A DNA stretch of 37,294 nucleotides, taken from the NCBI GenBank assembly GCA_036398455.1, contig DASWPR010000507.1, forward strand, positions 1 through 37,294, written 5' to 3'. Positions 9,360-19,134 of this stretch are shown here, piece by piece. The notes under the pieces were generated by a model, which searched no databases, was not told the origin of the DNA, and saw only the letters and a program-made list of their open reading frames with translations. The DNA comes from Dokdonella sp. Lineage in GTDB: Bacteria > Pseudomonadota > Gammaproteobacteria > Xanthomonadales > Rhodanobacteraceae. The translations under genes were made by a program, and so were the position numbers. Numbering within the stretch: position 1 is the first letter of the stretch; every line of letters begins with the position of its first letter.

Positions 9360-10333
9360 GGGCGCTGCGCCCGCTCTGCATCGTGCTGCTCGGCGGTGCG
9401 CTCGTCGCCTGCGCCGGCCACAAGCCGCGCCCGAACACCGCGCCTGCACCTGCGCCGCGCGGTGCCAGCCTGCCGCCCGATACCTCCCGGCCGCAGTCCG
9501 ATCGCTACCGCCAGAACGACGACAACGGCCCCGCCGCTCCGCCGATCGACGTCAGCAAGATTGCGGAGCCGGTGCCGAAGGCCGAACCGCGTTCGCGCTA
9601 CGGCAACAAGGAAACCTACAGCGTCCTCGGCCGGACCTACAAGCTGCTGCCGGACGCGAGCGGCTACGTCGAGCGCGGCATCGCCTCGTGGTACGGCAAC
9701 AAGTTCCACGGCTACATGACCTCGTCGTTCGAGCCCTACGACATGTACGCGTTCAGCGCCGCGCACAAGACGCTGCCGCTGCCGAGCTACGCGCGCGTGA
9801 CCAATCTGGACAACGGCAAGAGCGTGGTCGTGCGCATCAACGACCGCGGGCCGTTCCACGAGAATCGCATCATCGATCTGTCCTATGCGGCGGCGGTGAA
9901 GATCGGCGTCTGGCCGAAGGGCACCGGGCTGGTCGAGGTGCGCGCGATCGATCCGGCGCATCCGCAGGCCGATTCAGTGGCGCCGCCGCGAACTGCGCTG
10001 GTGACGCCGGCAGCGGCGAAGCCGTTCAGTGAATCGCCGCACGCAGCGGCGACGCAGACACCGCCGGTCCGTGTGCCGCCGGCTGCCGGCGAGGCGCCGC
10101 GCATCTATCTGCAGCTCGGCGCGTACGGCGAGCGTGCCAATGCCGAGCGCGCCGTGGCGAATGCGACGCGCTCGGGCATCGACCGCGTCGCCATCCAGTC
10201 CGTGGTCGTCGACGGCCACACCGTCCATCGCGTGCGCGTCGGCCCGCTCGCCGACGTCGACGCCGCCGATGCGATGACGCAGCGCATCGAGCAGCTCGGC
10301 CTCGGTGCGCCGCGCGTCGCGATCGAGCGATGA
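9356..10333 (+). CDS. rlpA: Septal ring lytic transglycosylase RlpA (lipoprotein, SPOR domain)
   Basis: Lipobox LVAC, GIASWYG, AAHKTLP, RINDRGPF, IIDLS; C-terminal SPOR (YLQLGAY...HRVRVGP). Confidence 0.95.
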   Translation: MRALRPLCIVLLGGALVACAGHKPRPNTAPAPAPRGASLPPDTSRPQSDRYRQNDDNGPAAPPIDVSKIAEPVPKAEPRSRYGNKETYSVLGRTYKLLPDASGYVERGIASWYGNKFHGYMTSSFEPYDMYAFSAAHKTLPLPSYARVTNLDNGKSVVVRINDRGPFHENRIIDLSYAAAVKIGVWPKGTGLVEVRAIDPAHPQADSVAPPRTALVTPAAAKPFSESPHAAATQTPPVRVPPAAGEAPRIYLQLGAYGERANAERAVANATRSGIDRVAIQSVVVDGHTVHRVRVGPLADVDAADAMTQRIEQLGLGAPRVAIER

Positions 10334-10437
10334 ACGCAGGCACACCGGCCGGCACCTCGACGCAACGATGTGATGTTTTAGCGGCCACGCTTTGCGACAA
10401 TCCCGCCTTTATACCGTTGCAGGACCGATTTCCCGAG

Positions 10438-11838
10438 ATGAAGCTGCCCGTTCCGTTCCGGCCACTCCTGGCTACCGCGCTGCTCCTCGCGCTGTCCGTC
10501 CCGCCCGCCCAGGCGCGCACCAAGTCGCACGCGCAACCGCCGGCGCAGCAGCAGGCCCAGGCCGCAGCGCCCGCGAACGACGCCGCGACGACGGCACCGC
10601 CCGCCGCTGCGCCCGCGAGTGCGGCGCCGGCCGCCAATCCGAATCTGCCGACGCCGCAGCCGGTGACGAAGGCCGCGCCCTTGCCGACGCCCGGCGCGCC
10701 CGGCAGCGGTCCGGTGCCGCCGCCGCCATCGATCGACGCCAAGAGCTGGGTGCTGATGGACTACATCAGCGGCCAGGTGCTGACCGAGAGCAACATGGAC
10801 CAGCGCGTCGCGCCGGCTTCGATCACCAAGGTGATGACCTCCTACGTGGTCTCGGCGGAACTCGCGCACGGCAAGATCCACAAGGACGACAAGGTCACCA
10901 TCAGCGAACGCGCCTGGCGTTCCGGCGGCGCCGGTACCGACGGTTCGACCAGCTTCCTGCAGTTGAACAGCCAGGTCGATCTGAAGGACCTGCTGTACGG
11001 CATGATCATCCAGTCCGGCAACGATGCGGCGATCGCGCTGGCGGAACACACGGCCGGTTCGGAAGAAACCTTCGCGCAGCTGATGAACCAGTACGCCGCG
11101 CGCATCGGCATGAGCGGCACCAACTATGTGGACGCCAGCGGCCTGCCGAACCCGAACCACTACACCACCGCACACGACATCGCGCTGCTGTCGCGTGCGC
11201 TGATCCACGACTATCCCGACGAGTACAAGATCTACGCGGTCAAGGATTTCGAGTGGAACGGCATCAAGCAGCACAACCGCAACACGCTGCTGTGGCGCGA
11301 CTCGACCGTCGACGGCATCAAGACCGGCCACACCTCGGAAGCGGGCTTCTGCCTCGCCACCTCGGCGCTGCGCGGCGACCAGCGCCTGATCGCGGTCGTG
11401 ATGGGCGCGCCGAGCGAGAAGCAGCGTGCCGACGACAACCAGGAACTGCTCAACTACGGCTTCCGCTTCTTCGAGACGCACAAGCTGTACGAGGCGAGCA
11501 AGCCGCTGGCCAATCCCGAACTGTGGAAGGGCGCCGTCGCCAACCTGCCGCTCGGCGTCGCCGAGGATGTGCTGATCACCTTTCCGCGCGGGCGCTACGC
11601 CGATCTCAAGGCCAGCCTCGACATGCCCTCGCGCCTGGTCGCGCCGATCGAGAAAGGCAAGCAGGTCGGCAGCTTGAAAGTGACGCTCGACGACAAGACC
11701 TTGCTCGTTCGCCCGCTGATCGCGCTCGCCGACGGCGGCGAGGGTGGCTTCTTCAAGCGCTTCTCGGACGGGGTCTGGATGTGGTTCAAGGGTGACGCCG
11801 GCCCGGCGGTTTCGGCGACCGCACCGAAGAGCAACTGA
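10438..11838 (+). CDS. dacC: D-alanyl-D-alanine carboxypeptidase (PBP5/6 family)
   Basis: PASITK, SGN, KTG motifs; signal peptide from ATG 10438, then a Pro/Ala-rich linker. dacA versus dacC cannot be resolved. Confidence 0.9.
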   Translation: MKLPVPFRPLLATALLLALSVPPAQARTKSHAQPPAQQQAQAAAPANDAATTAPPAAAPASAAPAANPNLPTPQPVTKAAPLPTPGAPGSGPVPPPPSIDAKSWVLMDYISGQVLTESNMDQRVAPASITKVMTSYVVSAELAHGKIHKDDKVTISERAWRSGGAGTDGSTSFLQLNSQVDLKDLLYGMIIQSGNDAAIALAEHTAGSEETFAQLMNQYAARIGMSGTNYVDASGLPNPNHYTTAHDIALLSRALIHDYPDEYKIYAVKDFEWNGIKQHNRNTLLWRDSTVDGIKTGHTSEAGFCLATSALRGDQRLIAVVMGAPSEKQRADDNQELLNYGFRFFETHKLYEASKPLANPELWKGAVANLPLGVAEDVLITFPRGRYADLKASLDMPSRLVAPIEKGKQVGSLKVTLDDKTLLVRPLIALADGGEGGFFKRFSDGVWMWFKGDAGPAVSATAPKSN

Positions 11839-11885
11839 CGCACGCGATCCGGCGATGGCGGTGCATTGATCGACAGGACGATGGA

Positions 11886-12176
11886 ATGAAAGATCTCGAC
11901 GACATCCATGCGCAGAATCCGGATCAGGGCTTCCAGTTCCCTGGCGTATTCGAGATCACTGCGATGGGCAGCTCCGTCGCGCAGCTCGAACGGCGCGTAC
12001 CGGACATCCTCGAAGGCCTCGGCCTCAGCGTACTGGCCGGTTCCGCGCGCGTTCGCCCGTCGCGCGAAGGCAACTACGTCTCGGTATCGGTCAGCTTCAC
12101 CTGTCCCACGCGCGAAAAATACGACGAGGCGCACGCTGCGCTGCGCGCCGACCCGGATATCCGCTGGACCTTGTAG
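11886..12176 (+). CDS. ybeD: YbeD/DUF493 family protein
   Basis: FQFPGVFEITAMG...SREGNYVSVSV...IRWTL; conserved position between dac and lipB. Confidence 0.88.
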   Translation: MKDLDDIHAQNPDQGFQFPGVFEITAMGSSVAQLERRVPDILEGLGLSVLAGSARVRPSREGNYVSVSVSFTCPTREKYDEAHAALRADPDIRWTL

Positions 12177-12180
12177 CGGT

Positions 12181-14250
12181 TCAGCGGGCCCGACGGGCCT
12201 TCTTCGCGGCCCACTTTTCGGCGGGCGATTTCCAGTCCGCGGCGGGTTCCTCCGTGCCGAGGCGGGCAGCGGCGAGCCGCAGGGCTTCGACGTCGCCGAC
12301 GCGGCGGATATCGTCGAAATAGCGATCCAGAGCGGCCCCGCCGCTGGAGAATGTCGGCATCAACGATTCGCGCCACCAGGCGAGCTGGCGCGCGCGTCCG
12401 GCGTCGCGCGCATCCATCGCATCGAGCGCGTGCAGACGGCTCTCGCCGAGCATCGTCGCGACCAGCGAGGTGCCCGAGTGCAGTTGCAGGCGGGCGAGCG
12501 CGATGCAGTTGTCCTTGCGTCGGGCCGCCTCCGCTGTGTCCTTGGAGGCGCAGAGGCTGTCCTGGGTCGTTTGCGAGCCGATCGAGCTCGAGTAGGCCAT
12601 CATCATCGCGATGCCCTGGGCGGCGCTGTCGTTATCGGTGGCCGTGCCGGCGGCGCCCATTTCGCGCAGCGTCCCGACGAGTTCGGCCGGCGGCGGTGTG
12701 CGCCGCACGGCATCGAGCCATACGCCGAAGATTTCGCCGGTGTGCTCGTCGTAGCGGCCGCTCGCGGCCATGCGCTGCAGGATCGCATCGGTCTGCGCGG
12801 CGTCGCCGGCACTGGCCGCTAGCGACAAGCCCAAGGCTGCGGCGTTGCCGCTGTCGAGCCGCTCCGTATCGGCGATCGCGGCCGCTTTGGCCTCTGCGCC
12901 GACATCCGCGCCGCTCGCATGCGCGGCGACCCACTGTACGAGCAGGTCGTCCGGATGCGCGGCGGCGATCACGCCGATCGAATCGGCTTTCGGAGCGGAA
13001 TTCTCGGTGGATTTCGAAGGGTCGCTGTGGTCTTCGTCCGTAATCAGCGCCAGGGCGCTGCCGGAGCCGGCGGCGAGTGCCTGCTGATGCACGTCACCAC
13101 TGGCGCGCATCGCATCGACCAGCGATTTCAGATAGTTCCTGTACGCCGTCATTGCGGCGCCGGCGTCGACGTCGCTTTCATCGGCGGGCGCTTCCTTGAG
13201 CCAGCCTGCCGGCGCCTGCAGCGGCTGCCCCGTGCGTTTCAGGCGCCGTTCGATCGCGTCGATCTCGGTGTTCGCGCCCTGCCAATCGGCCGCGACGTCC
13301 TGCGGCCGCTCGCTCATGACTTCGAAATTGCGCATCGGATTGGCGGCATGCGCTTCGTACCAGTCGTACTGGCGCTGCAGCGAGTCGATCGCGTCGCCGT
13401 GTTCGCCAATGGCGCCGAGCAGCTCCAGCCCCTGTTCACGCAGGGCAAGGCTGCCGCCTTTCGACGCCAGCGTGTGCGCCGCGTCGGCGCACCAGCCAAG
13501 GCGCTGCCAGGCACGATCGGACGACGCATCCGGCTTGCACGTCTCCAGCAGGGTGGACTTGGCCGGGGAATAGTCGGCGCTGACCTGCTGCAGCGCCGAG
13601 AACAGCGTGCGTGCTTCGGGCGGGGCGTCTTTCCAGGCGCGCGCTCGCATCGGCATCATGTCCGGCTGCGCCGCGTAGGTTTTCTTCCACTCGTTGAGCT
13701 GCTCGACGAGGTGATCGTCGGCGCGCGGCGCCGCGGCCATGCGCGAGAGCGCCTCGTCGATGCCGGCCTGGTCGCCTTTCGCAGCGGCGAGCGCGACCGC
13801 GTACTGCCAGGCTGCCGCGTTGTCCGGCTGCAGGCGAATCAGGTTGGCGACCTCGGCGTCGGGCCAGGTCGTCGGCCCGCAGCGGCTGCTCGTATAACTG
13901 CCCAGGCTGGCGCCCTGCCATTGCACGAACGCATCGTCCGGCGCGAGCTGCACGGCGCGCGCGACGACGTCCTCGCGCTTGGGCCGCAACGCGGTGGGCA
14001 CGGCATCGTCGTTGCCGAGATAGATGTGGCCGACCAATATCTGCTGACGCGGCGAGGAGTCTTCGCGCAATCGGTCGAACAGGGCGGCCTGGCGCTCGCC
14101 GTACGCCTCCGTCATGGCGTCGCTGTCGTCATCGGCGTCGTCGCCTTCGTCGGCCGGTTCGGGCGGCGGCGGGGGAGAGTGGGCCTGCGTGGACAGCGAG
14201 CACGCGAAAAGAACGAGTACCATCCATCGACAGATCGGCCGCAATCGCAT
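12181..14250 (-). CDS. Large secreted hypothetical protein with an internal tandem domain duplication
   Basis: 689 aa, signal peptide, two similar halves (APDDAFVQW...LQPDNAAAW...ALSRMAAAPRADDH versus AHPDDLLVQW...LDSGNAAAL...ILQRMAASGRYDEH). Confidence 0.8.
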   Translation of the reverse strand: MRLRPICRWMVLVLFACSLSTQAHSPPPPPEPADEGDDADDDSDAMTEAYGERQAALFDRLREDSSPRQQILVGHIYLGNDDAVPTALRPKREDVVARAVQLAPDDAFVQWQGASLGSYTSSRCGPTTWPDAEVANLIRLQPDNAAAWQYAVALAAAKGDQAGIDEALSRMAAAPRADDHLVEQLNEWKKTYAAQPDMMPMRARAWKDAPPEARTLFSALQQVSADYSPAKSTLLETCKPDASSDRAWQRLGWCADAAHTLASKGGSLALREQGLELLGAIGEHGDAIDSLQRQYDWYEAHAANPMRNFEVMSERPQDVAADWQGANTEIDAIERRLKRTGQPLQAPAGWLKEAPADESDVDAGAAMTAYRNYLKSLVDAMRASGDVHQQALAAGSGSALALITDEDHSDPSKSTENSAPKADSIGVIAAAHPDDLLVQWVAAHASGADVGAEAKAAAIADTERLDSGNAAALGLSLAASAGDAAQTDAILQRMAASGRYDEHTGEIFGVWLDAVRRTPPPAELVGTLREMGAAGTATDNDSAAQGIAMMMAYSSSIGSQTTQDSLCASKDTAEAARRKDNCIALARLQLHSGTSLVATMLGESRLHALDAMDARDAGRARQLAWWRESLMPTFSSGGAALDRYFDDIRRVGDVEALRLAAARLGTEEPAADWKSPAEKWAAKKARRAR

Positions 14251-14360
14251 GACACGCCCCTATGCATTCCCGGTGCGGCGAGTCTAGCAAGCCGGACGTG
14301 GCGGTTTCGTGCACGCAATGCAGGGATTGTGAACATGTCGGACGCACCCATTTGACGGCG

Positions 14361-15053
14361 ATGGAACGATCACTGCAGGTGCGCCGCCTGGGCCGCCAAC
14401 CCTACGAACCGGTCTGGCGCGCGATGCAGGCCTTTACCGATGCGCGCGGGCCGGATACGCCCGATGAGCTGTGGATGCTCGAGCACGATCCGGTGTTCAC
14501 CCTCGGCCAGGCCGGCAAGTGGGAACACGTGCTGATACCGGGCGACATCCCGGTGGTGCCGGTCGATCGCGGCGGGCAGGTCACCTATCACGGCCCCGGC
14601 CAGATCGTCGCTTACCCGCTGTTCGACCTGCGCCGGCTGAAGATCGGCGTGCGCGAACTGGTCAACCGCATCGAGCAGGCGCTGATCGACACCCTGGACA
14701 CCTGGAACATCGTCGCGGTGCGCCGCGAAGGCGCCCCCGGGGTGTATGTCGGCGATGCCAAGGTCGCCGCGCTTGGCCTGCGCGTGCGCCGCGGCTGCTC
14801 GTTCCATGGCCTGGCCTTCAATATCGCGATGGACCTGGAGCCGTTCCATCGGATCAATCCCTGCGGTTATCAGGGCCTTGCGGTCACCCAGGTGCTAGAC
14901 TTGGGCGGACCAGGCTCGCTGGCCGAGGTCGAAACGGTCCTCATCGGCGAACTGGCGCGGCAGTTCGGCCTCGCGCCGGTGGCCGCCGCTGCGACGCTTC
15001 CCCCTGTCATTCCCATACCCGTCGACGCTGCGCGCGTCGGCGAGCCCGCCTGA
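14361..15053 (+). CDS. lipB: Octanoyltransferase LipB
   Basis: [43 protein letters not shown] motifs; start put at ATG 14361. Confidence 0.95.
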   Translation: MERSLQVRRLGRQPYEPVWRAMQAFTDARGPDTPDELWMLEHDPVFTLGQAGKWEHVLIPGDIPVVPVDRGGQVTYHGPGQIVAYPLFDLRRLKIGVRELVNRIEQALIDTLDTWNIVAVRREGAPGVYVGDAKVAALGLRVRRGCSFHGLAFNIAMDLEPFHRINPCGYQGLAVTQVLDLGGPGSLAEVETVLIGELARQFGLAPVAAAATLPPVIPIPVDAARVGEPA

Positions 15054-15062
15054 TCCCCGCGC

Positions 15063-16049
15063 ATGAACGACGCCAAGACCATTCCGCTTTCCGTTGTCGA
15101 GGCGCCGCTCGACAAGCAACTCGGCGAAGACAAGATCGCGCGCAACCGCGCGACCTTCGCCGACGCCCCCATCTTGCGCAAGCCGAGCTGGATCCGCGTA
15201 CGCATCCCGCCCGGCAACGCCGTCGCCAAGCTGAAGGCCAAGCTGCGCGAGAACCGCCTGGTCACGGTGTGCGAGGAAGCATCCTGCCCGAACATCCACG
15301 AATGCTTCGGCAAGGGCACCGCCACCTTCATGATCCTCGGCGAGGTCTGCACGCGGCGCTGCTCGTTCTGCGACGTGGCGCACGGCCGGCCGAAGGCGCC
15401 CGATCCGCTGGAGCCGGCGCACCTGGCGGGCACGATCCGCGACATGGGCCTGCGCTATGTGGTCATCACCTCGGTCGACCGCGACGACCTGCGCGATGGC
15501 GGCGCAGCGCATTTCGCCGCCTGCATCCGGGCCGTGCGCTTCGAGAGCCCGGGCATCCGCATCGAAATCCTGACCCCGGATTTCCGCGGCAAAGGCCGCA
15601 TGGAGCGCGCGCTGGAAGCCCTGGCCGGCAATCCGCCGGACGTGTTCAACCACAACCTGGAAACGCCGCGCGCGCTGTACCGCGAAGTGCGCCCGGGCGC
15701 CGACTACGACTGGTCGCTCGACCTGCTGCAGCGCTTCAAGGCGCAGCACCCGGATGTGCCGACCAAGTCCGGCATCATGCTCGGACTCGGTGAAACGTTC
15801 GCCCAGGTCGAGGAGACGTTGAACGATCTGCGCGCGCACGATGTCGATATGGTTACGATCGGTCAATACCTGCAGCCGAGCGCACACCATCATCCGGTGC
15901 TGCGCTACTGGACGCCGGACGAGTTCAAGGCATTCGAAGAACTCGGCTACCGCATCGGTTTCGAGCATGTCGCATCGGGTCCGATGGTACGTTCCTCGTA
16001 CCATGCGGACGAGATGGCGCATGCCGCAGGTTACGTACAGGTTGCATGA
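15063..16049 (+). CDS. lipA: Lipoyl synthase LipA
   Basis: [12 protein letters not shown], radical [11 protein letters not shown], and RSSY motifs. Confidence 0.97.
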   Translation: MNDAKTIPLSVVEAPLDKQLGEDKIARNRATFADAPILRKPSWIRVRIPPGNAVAKLKAKLRENRLVTVCEEASCPNIHECFGKGTATFMILGEVCTRRCSFCDVAHGRPKAPDPLEPAHLAGTIRDMGLRYVVITSVDRDDLRDGGAAHFAACIRAVRFESPGIRIEILTPDFRGKGRMERALEALAGNPPDVFNHNLETPRALYREVRPGADYDWSLDLLQRFKAQHPDVPTKSGIMLGLGETFAQVEETLNDLRAHDVDMVTIGQYLQPSAHHHPVLRYWTPDEFKAFEELGYRIGFEHVASGPMVRSSYHADEMAHAAGYVQVA

Positions 16050-16133
16050 TTTATTGATGGGTTGGTCTTGCAGGAGCCCGTTCGCGGGCGATCCATGGCC
16101 GAAGGCCCCCTCGTCCCACAGTCGGAGACAGTA

Positions 16134-18461
16134 ATGCGGAAGTTGTTGCTGAGCGTCGCGCTGACGGCCCTGATGGGTCCCGTTCTTGTCGATCCTGCGG
16201 TCGCCAAGCCCACCCAGGAGGCTGCCGCGCCGCTGCTCAAGGCGACCCCGTCCGAGACCGAGGCGGCCGTCTGGGCGACCCGCTTCCTGACCCGTTTCCA
16301 TTACAAGCCGACTCCGCTCGACGACGCCATGTCCGAGCAGATCTTCAAGCGCTATCTGGATTCGCTCGACGGCGACAAGCTGTTCTTCACGCAGCCGGAC
16401 ATCGACAAGTTCGCCGGCTACAAGGACAAGCTCGACGACGCGATCTACGACCAGGACCTGGCCGCGCCCTACGCGATCTTCAACATCTACGAGCAGCGCG
16501 TCGGCGAACGCGTCGCCTATGCGCGCTCGCTGCTCGCCAAGGGCTTCGATTTCAGCGTCGCGGAGACCTACCAGTACGACCGCGAGAAGGTGGCCTGGGC
16601 GAAGGACGAGGCCGAGGTCGATGATCTCTGGCGCAAGCGCATCAAGAACGACTGGCTGCGCCTGAAGCTGGCCGGCAAGGCCGACAAGGACATCCGCGAC
16701 ACGCTCGACAAGCGCTACGCGGCGTACCTCGACCGCGTCCATCAGCTCAACAGCGAGGACGTGTTCCAGACCTTCATGAACGCGTACGCCTCGTCGATCG
16801 AGCCGCACACCAATTATCTCGGCCCGCGCGCGTCTGAGAATTTCGACATCGCGATGAAGCTGTCGCTGGAAGGCATCGGCGCGGTCCTGCAGCGCGACGA
16901 CGACTACACCGCGATCCGCGAGATCGTACCCGGCGGCCCGGCAGCGCTGTCCGGCAAGATCAAGGTCGGCGATCGCATCGTCGGCGTCGGCCAGGGCGAG
17001 CACGGCGCAATGGTCGACGTGGTCGGCTGGCGTCTGGATGATGTCGTCGAGAAGATCCGCGGCACCAAGGACACCGTCGTGCGCCTGGAAATCCTGCCGG
17101 CCGACGCCGGCACCGACGGCAAGCACGAGATGCTCGCGCTGACGCGCAAGAAGGTCAGCATCGAGGAACAGGCCGCCAAGAAGTCGGTCATCGAGGTGAA
17201 GGACGGCACCCACACGCGCAAGGTCGGCGTGATCTCGCTGCCGACGTTCTACCAGGATTTCGATGCGCGCCGCCGCGGCGACAAGGACTACAAGAGCGCC
17301 ACGCGCGACGTCGAGAAGCTGCTCGCCGAACTCAAGCAGGACAAGGTCGACGGCGTCATCGTCGACCTGCGCAACAACGGCGGCGGTTCGCTCGCCGAGG
17401 CGACCGACCTCACCGGCCTGTTCATCGACAAAGGCCCGGTCGTGCAGGTCAAGAACGCCGGCGGCCAGATCGAATCGGAAGAAGACACCACGCCCGGCAT
17501 GGCCTGGGACGGCCCGATGGGCGTGCTCATCAATCGCGCGTCCGCGTCGGCGTCGGAAATCTTCGCCGCGGCGATCCAGGACTACGGCCGCGGCGTCATC
17601 ATCGGCGAGCCCTCGTTCGGCAAGGGCACCGTGCAGAACCTGGTCGACCTCGACGACGTCGCGCACAACGAAAAGCCGACCTTCGGCGAGGTCAAGATGA
17701 CCATCGCGCAGTTCTTCCGCATCAACGGCGGCTCGACCCAGCTGCGCGGCGTGACGCCGGACATCAGCTTCCCGCTGACCGTCGATGCGAAGGATTTCGG
17801 CGAATCGAGCTACGACAACGCGCTGCCGTGGACGTCGATCGCACCGGCCAAGTACCAGCCGGTGGCGGACCTGAAGCCGGTCGTGCCGATGCTGGTCGAA
17901 CGCCACAACGAGCGCACCGGCAAGAATGCCGAGTGGCAGAATTTCGAGGCCGACCTCGCCGACATGCGCAAGCTGCGCGACGAGAAGACGGTGTCGCTGA
18001 ACGAGCAGGAACGCCGCAAGGAACGCGACGAGCAGGAAGCCAAGCGCAAGGCGCGCGACGAACTTGCGAGCGGGCACGCGACGCCGGATGCGGACCCGGC
18101 CTCGAAGACGGTGCAGAAGATCGGCGACGACGCCAAGGATCGCAAGACGGCGAAGCGCACCGACATCGCCGATCAAGCCGCCGTCGCGGCCGCGACCGAC
18201 AAGTCGGCCACTGACAAGTCGACCAAGGCCGCGGACGGCGACAAGGCCGACGTCGTCTCCAGCGACGACGGCCTGCAGCCCGACGAACGCGACATCAGCA
18301 GCGACCTCAAGCGCGAGAAGGAAGCGAAGAGCAAGCGTGACGTCGTCCTCGACGAAGCCGCGCATATCCTCGCCGACGAAGTCGGCTTGATCCGCACCGA
18401 CATGAAACTCGCCGCGCGTGTACTGCCGTACGGCGTGGTGCCGCCGATGCAGGTGGATTGA
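16134..18461 (+). CDS. prc: Carboxy-terminal processing protease Prc/Tsp (S41)
   Basis: Signal peptide after RBS GGAGA, PDZ (LEGIGAVL), DLRNNGGG, SASASEI, GKGTVQ, GVTPDI. Confidence 0.94.
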   Translation: MRKLLLSVALTALMGPVLVDPAVAKPTQEAAAPLLKATPSETEAAVWATRFLTRFHYKPTPLDDAMSEQIFKRYLDSLDGDKLFFTQPDIDKFAGYKDKLDDAIYDQDLAAPYAIFNIYEQRVGERVAYARSLLAKGFDFSVAETYQYDREKVAWAKDEAEVDDLWRKRIKNDWLRLKLAGKADKDIRDTLDKRYAAYLDRVHQLNSEDVFQTFMNAYASSIEPHTNYLGPRASENFDIAMKLSLEGIGAVLQRDDDYTAIREIVPGGPAALSGKIKVGDRIVGVGQGEHGAMVDVVGWRLDDVVEKIRGTKDTVVRLEILPADAGTDGKHEMLALTRKKVSIEEQAAKKSVIEVKDGTHTRKVGVISLPTFYQDFDARRRGDKDYKSATRDVEKLLAELKQDKVDGVIVDLRNNGGGSLAEATDLTGLFIDKGPVVQVKNAGGQIESEEDTTPGMAWDGPMGVLINRASASASEIFAAAIQDYGRGVIIGEPSFGKGTVQNLVDLDDVAHNEKPTFGEVKMTIAQFFRINGGSTQLRGVTPDISFPLTVDAKDFGESSYDNALPWTSIAPAKYQPVADLKPVVPMLVERHNERTGKNAEWQNFEADLADMRKLRDEKTVSLNEQERRKERDEQEAKRKARDELASGHATPDADPASKTVQKIGDDAKDRKTAKRTDIADQAAVAAATDKSATDKSTKAADGDKADVVSSDDGLQPDERDISSDLKREKEAKSKRDVVLDEAAHILADEVGLIRTDMKLAARVLPYGVVPPMQVD

Positions 18462-18492
18462 AGGCACAGGCAACGAGTTCGAGGCGGCCGCC

Positions 18493-19104
18493 ATGATCAG
18501 ATCGTGGCGGCCGCTTCTTTTTGTACTGATCGGCGCGTGGTTTGCAGTCGCGCGCCCGTGCTCCGCGCAGGCGCTCATTGACGGCGATCTGATTTTCCAG
18601 ACCTCGCGTTCTGCGCAGAGCGCAGCGATCCAGAAAGCGACGCACTCGCGCTACAGCCATATGGGCGTCGTGCTCAGTGCGCATGGACGCAGGTACGTCT
18701 TCGAGGCCGCACGTACCGTTCGCATGACGCCTCTGGATGAATGGATCGAGCGCGGTGTGGGCGGGCACTATGTCGTCAAGCGGCTGCATGCGCCGTTGTC
18801 GGACCGGCAGATCGATCGGCTGCGGCAATCGACGCGGGACTTCGAAGGCAAGCCGTACGACGCTGCCTTTGCATGGACGGATCAGCGCATCTATTGCTCG
18901 GAACTGGTCTGGAAGATGTTCGACCGTGCGCTGGGTATCCGCATCGGAGCCTTGCAAACCCTCGCTGAGTTCGCGCTCGATGATCCGGTCGTGCGCGCCG
19001 GCTTGCGCGAGCGCTACGGCAACGCGATCCCGCTGGGGGAAGCCGTCATCTCGCCGCAGGCCATGTTCGCCTCGCCCTTGCTCGACAGTGTCGTCGAGCG
19101 CTGA
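18493..19104 (+). CDS. YiiX/YebB-like permuted papain-like amidase
   Basis: DGDLIFQTSRS, YSHMGVV, KPYD...IYCSELVWK; signal peptide. Confidence 0.88.
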   Translation: MIRSWRPLLFVLIGAWFAVARPCSAQALIDGDLIFQTSRSAQSAAIQKATHSRYSHMGVVLSAHGRRYVFEAARTVRMTPLDEWIERGVGGHYVVKRLHAPLSDRQIDRLRQSTRDFEGKPYDAAFAWTDQRIYCSELVWKMFDRALGIRIGALQTLAEFALDDPVVRAGLRERYGNAIPLGEAVISPQAMFASPLLDSVVER

Positions 19105-19134
19105 AGCGGCGAGGTCCGATGATGTGGCCGGGCT

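Noticed and set aside
10520-10730. Pro/Ala-rich N-terminal linker of the DD-carboxypeptidase, and the low-complexity insert near the Prc C-terminus
   Set aside because: Flexible linkers of this kind are common in envelope enzymes; nothing suggests a separate function.
15780-16060. A/T-richer codons at the lipA 3' end
   Set aside because: Most simply explained by an embedded prc promoter; it also shows that 3'-end codon dips, like the third nrdJa patch, need not be intein-related.
14895-18578. 1227-aa minus-strand ORF, and similar long antisense ORFs (1263-3662, 24873-26807, 8193-9449)
   Set aside because: Shadow frames of well-supported plus-strand genes; high GC3 removes antisense stops, and no motifs are recognisable.
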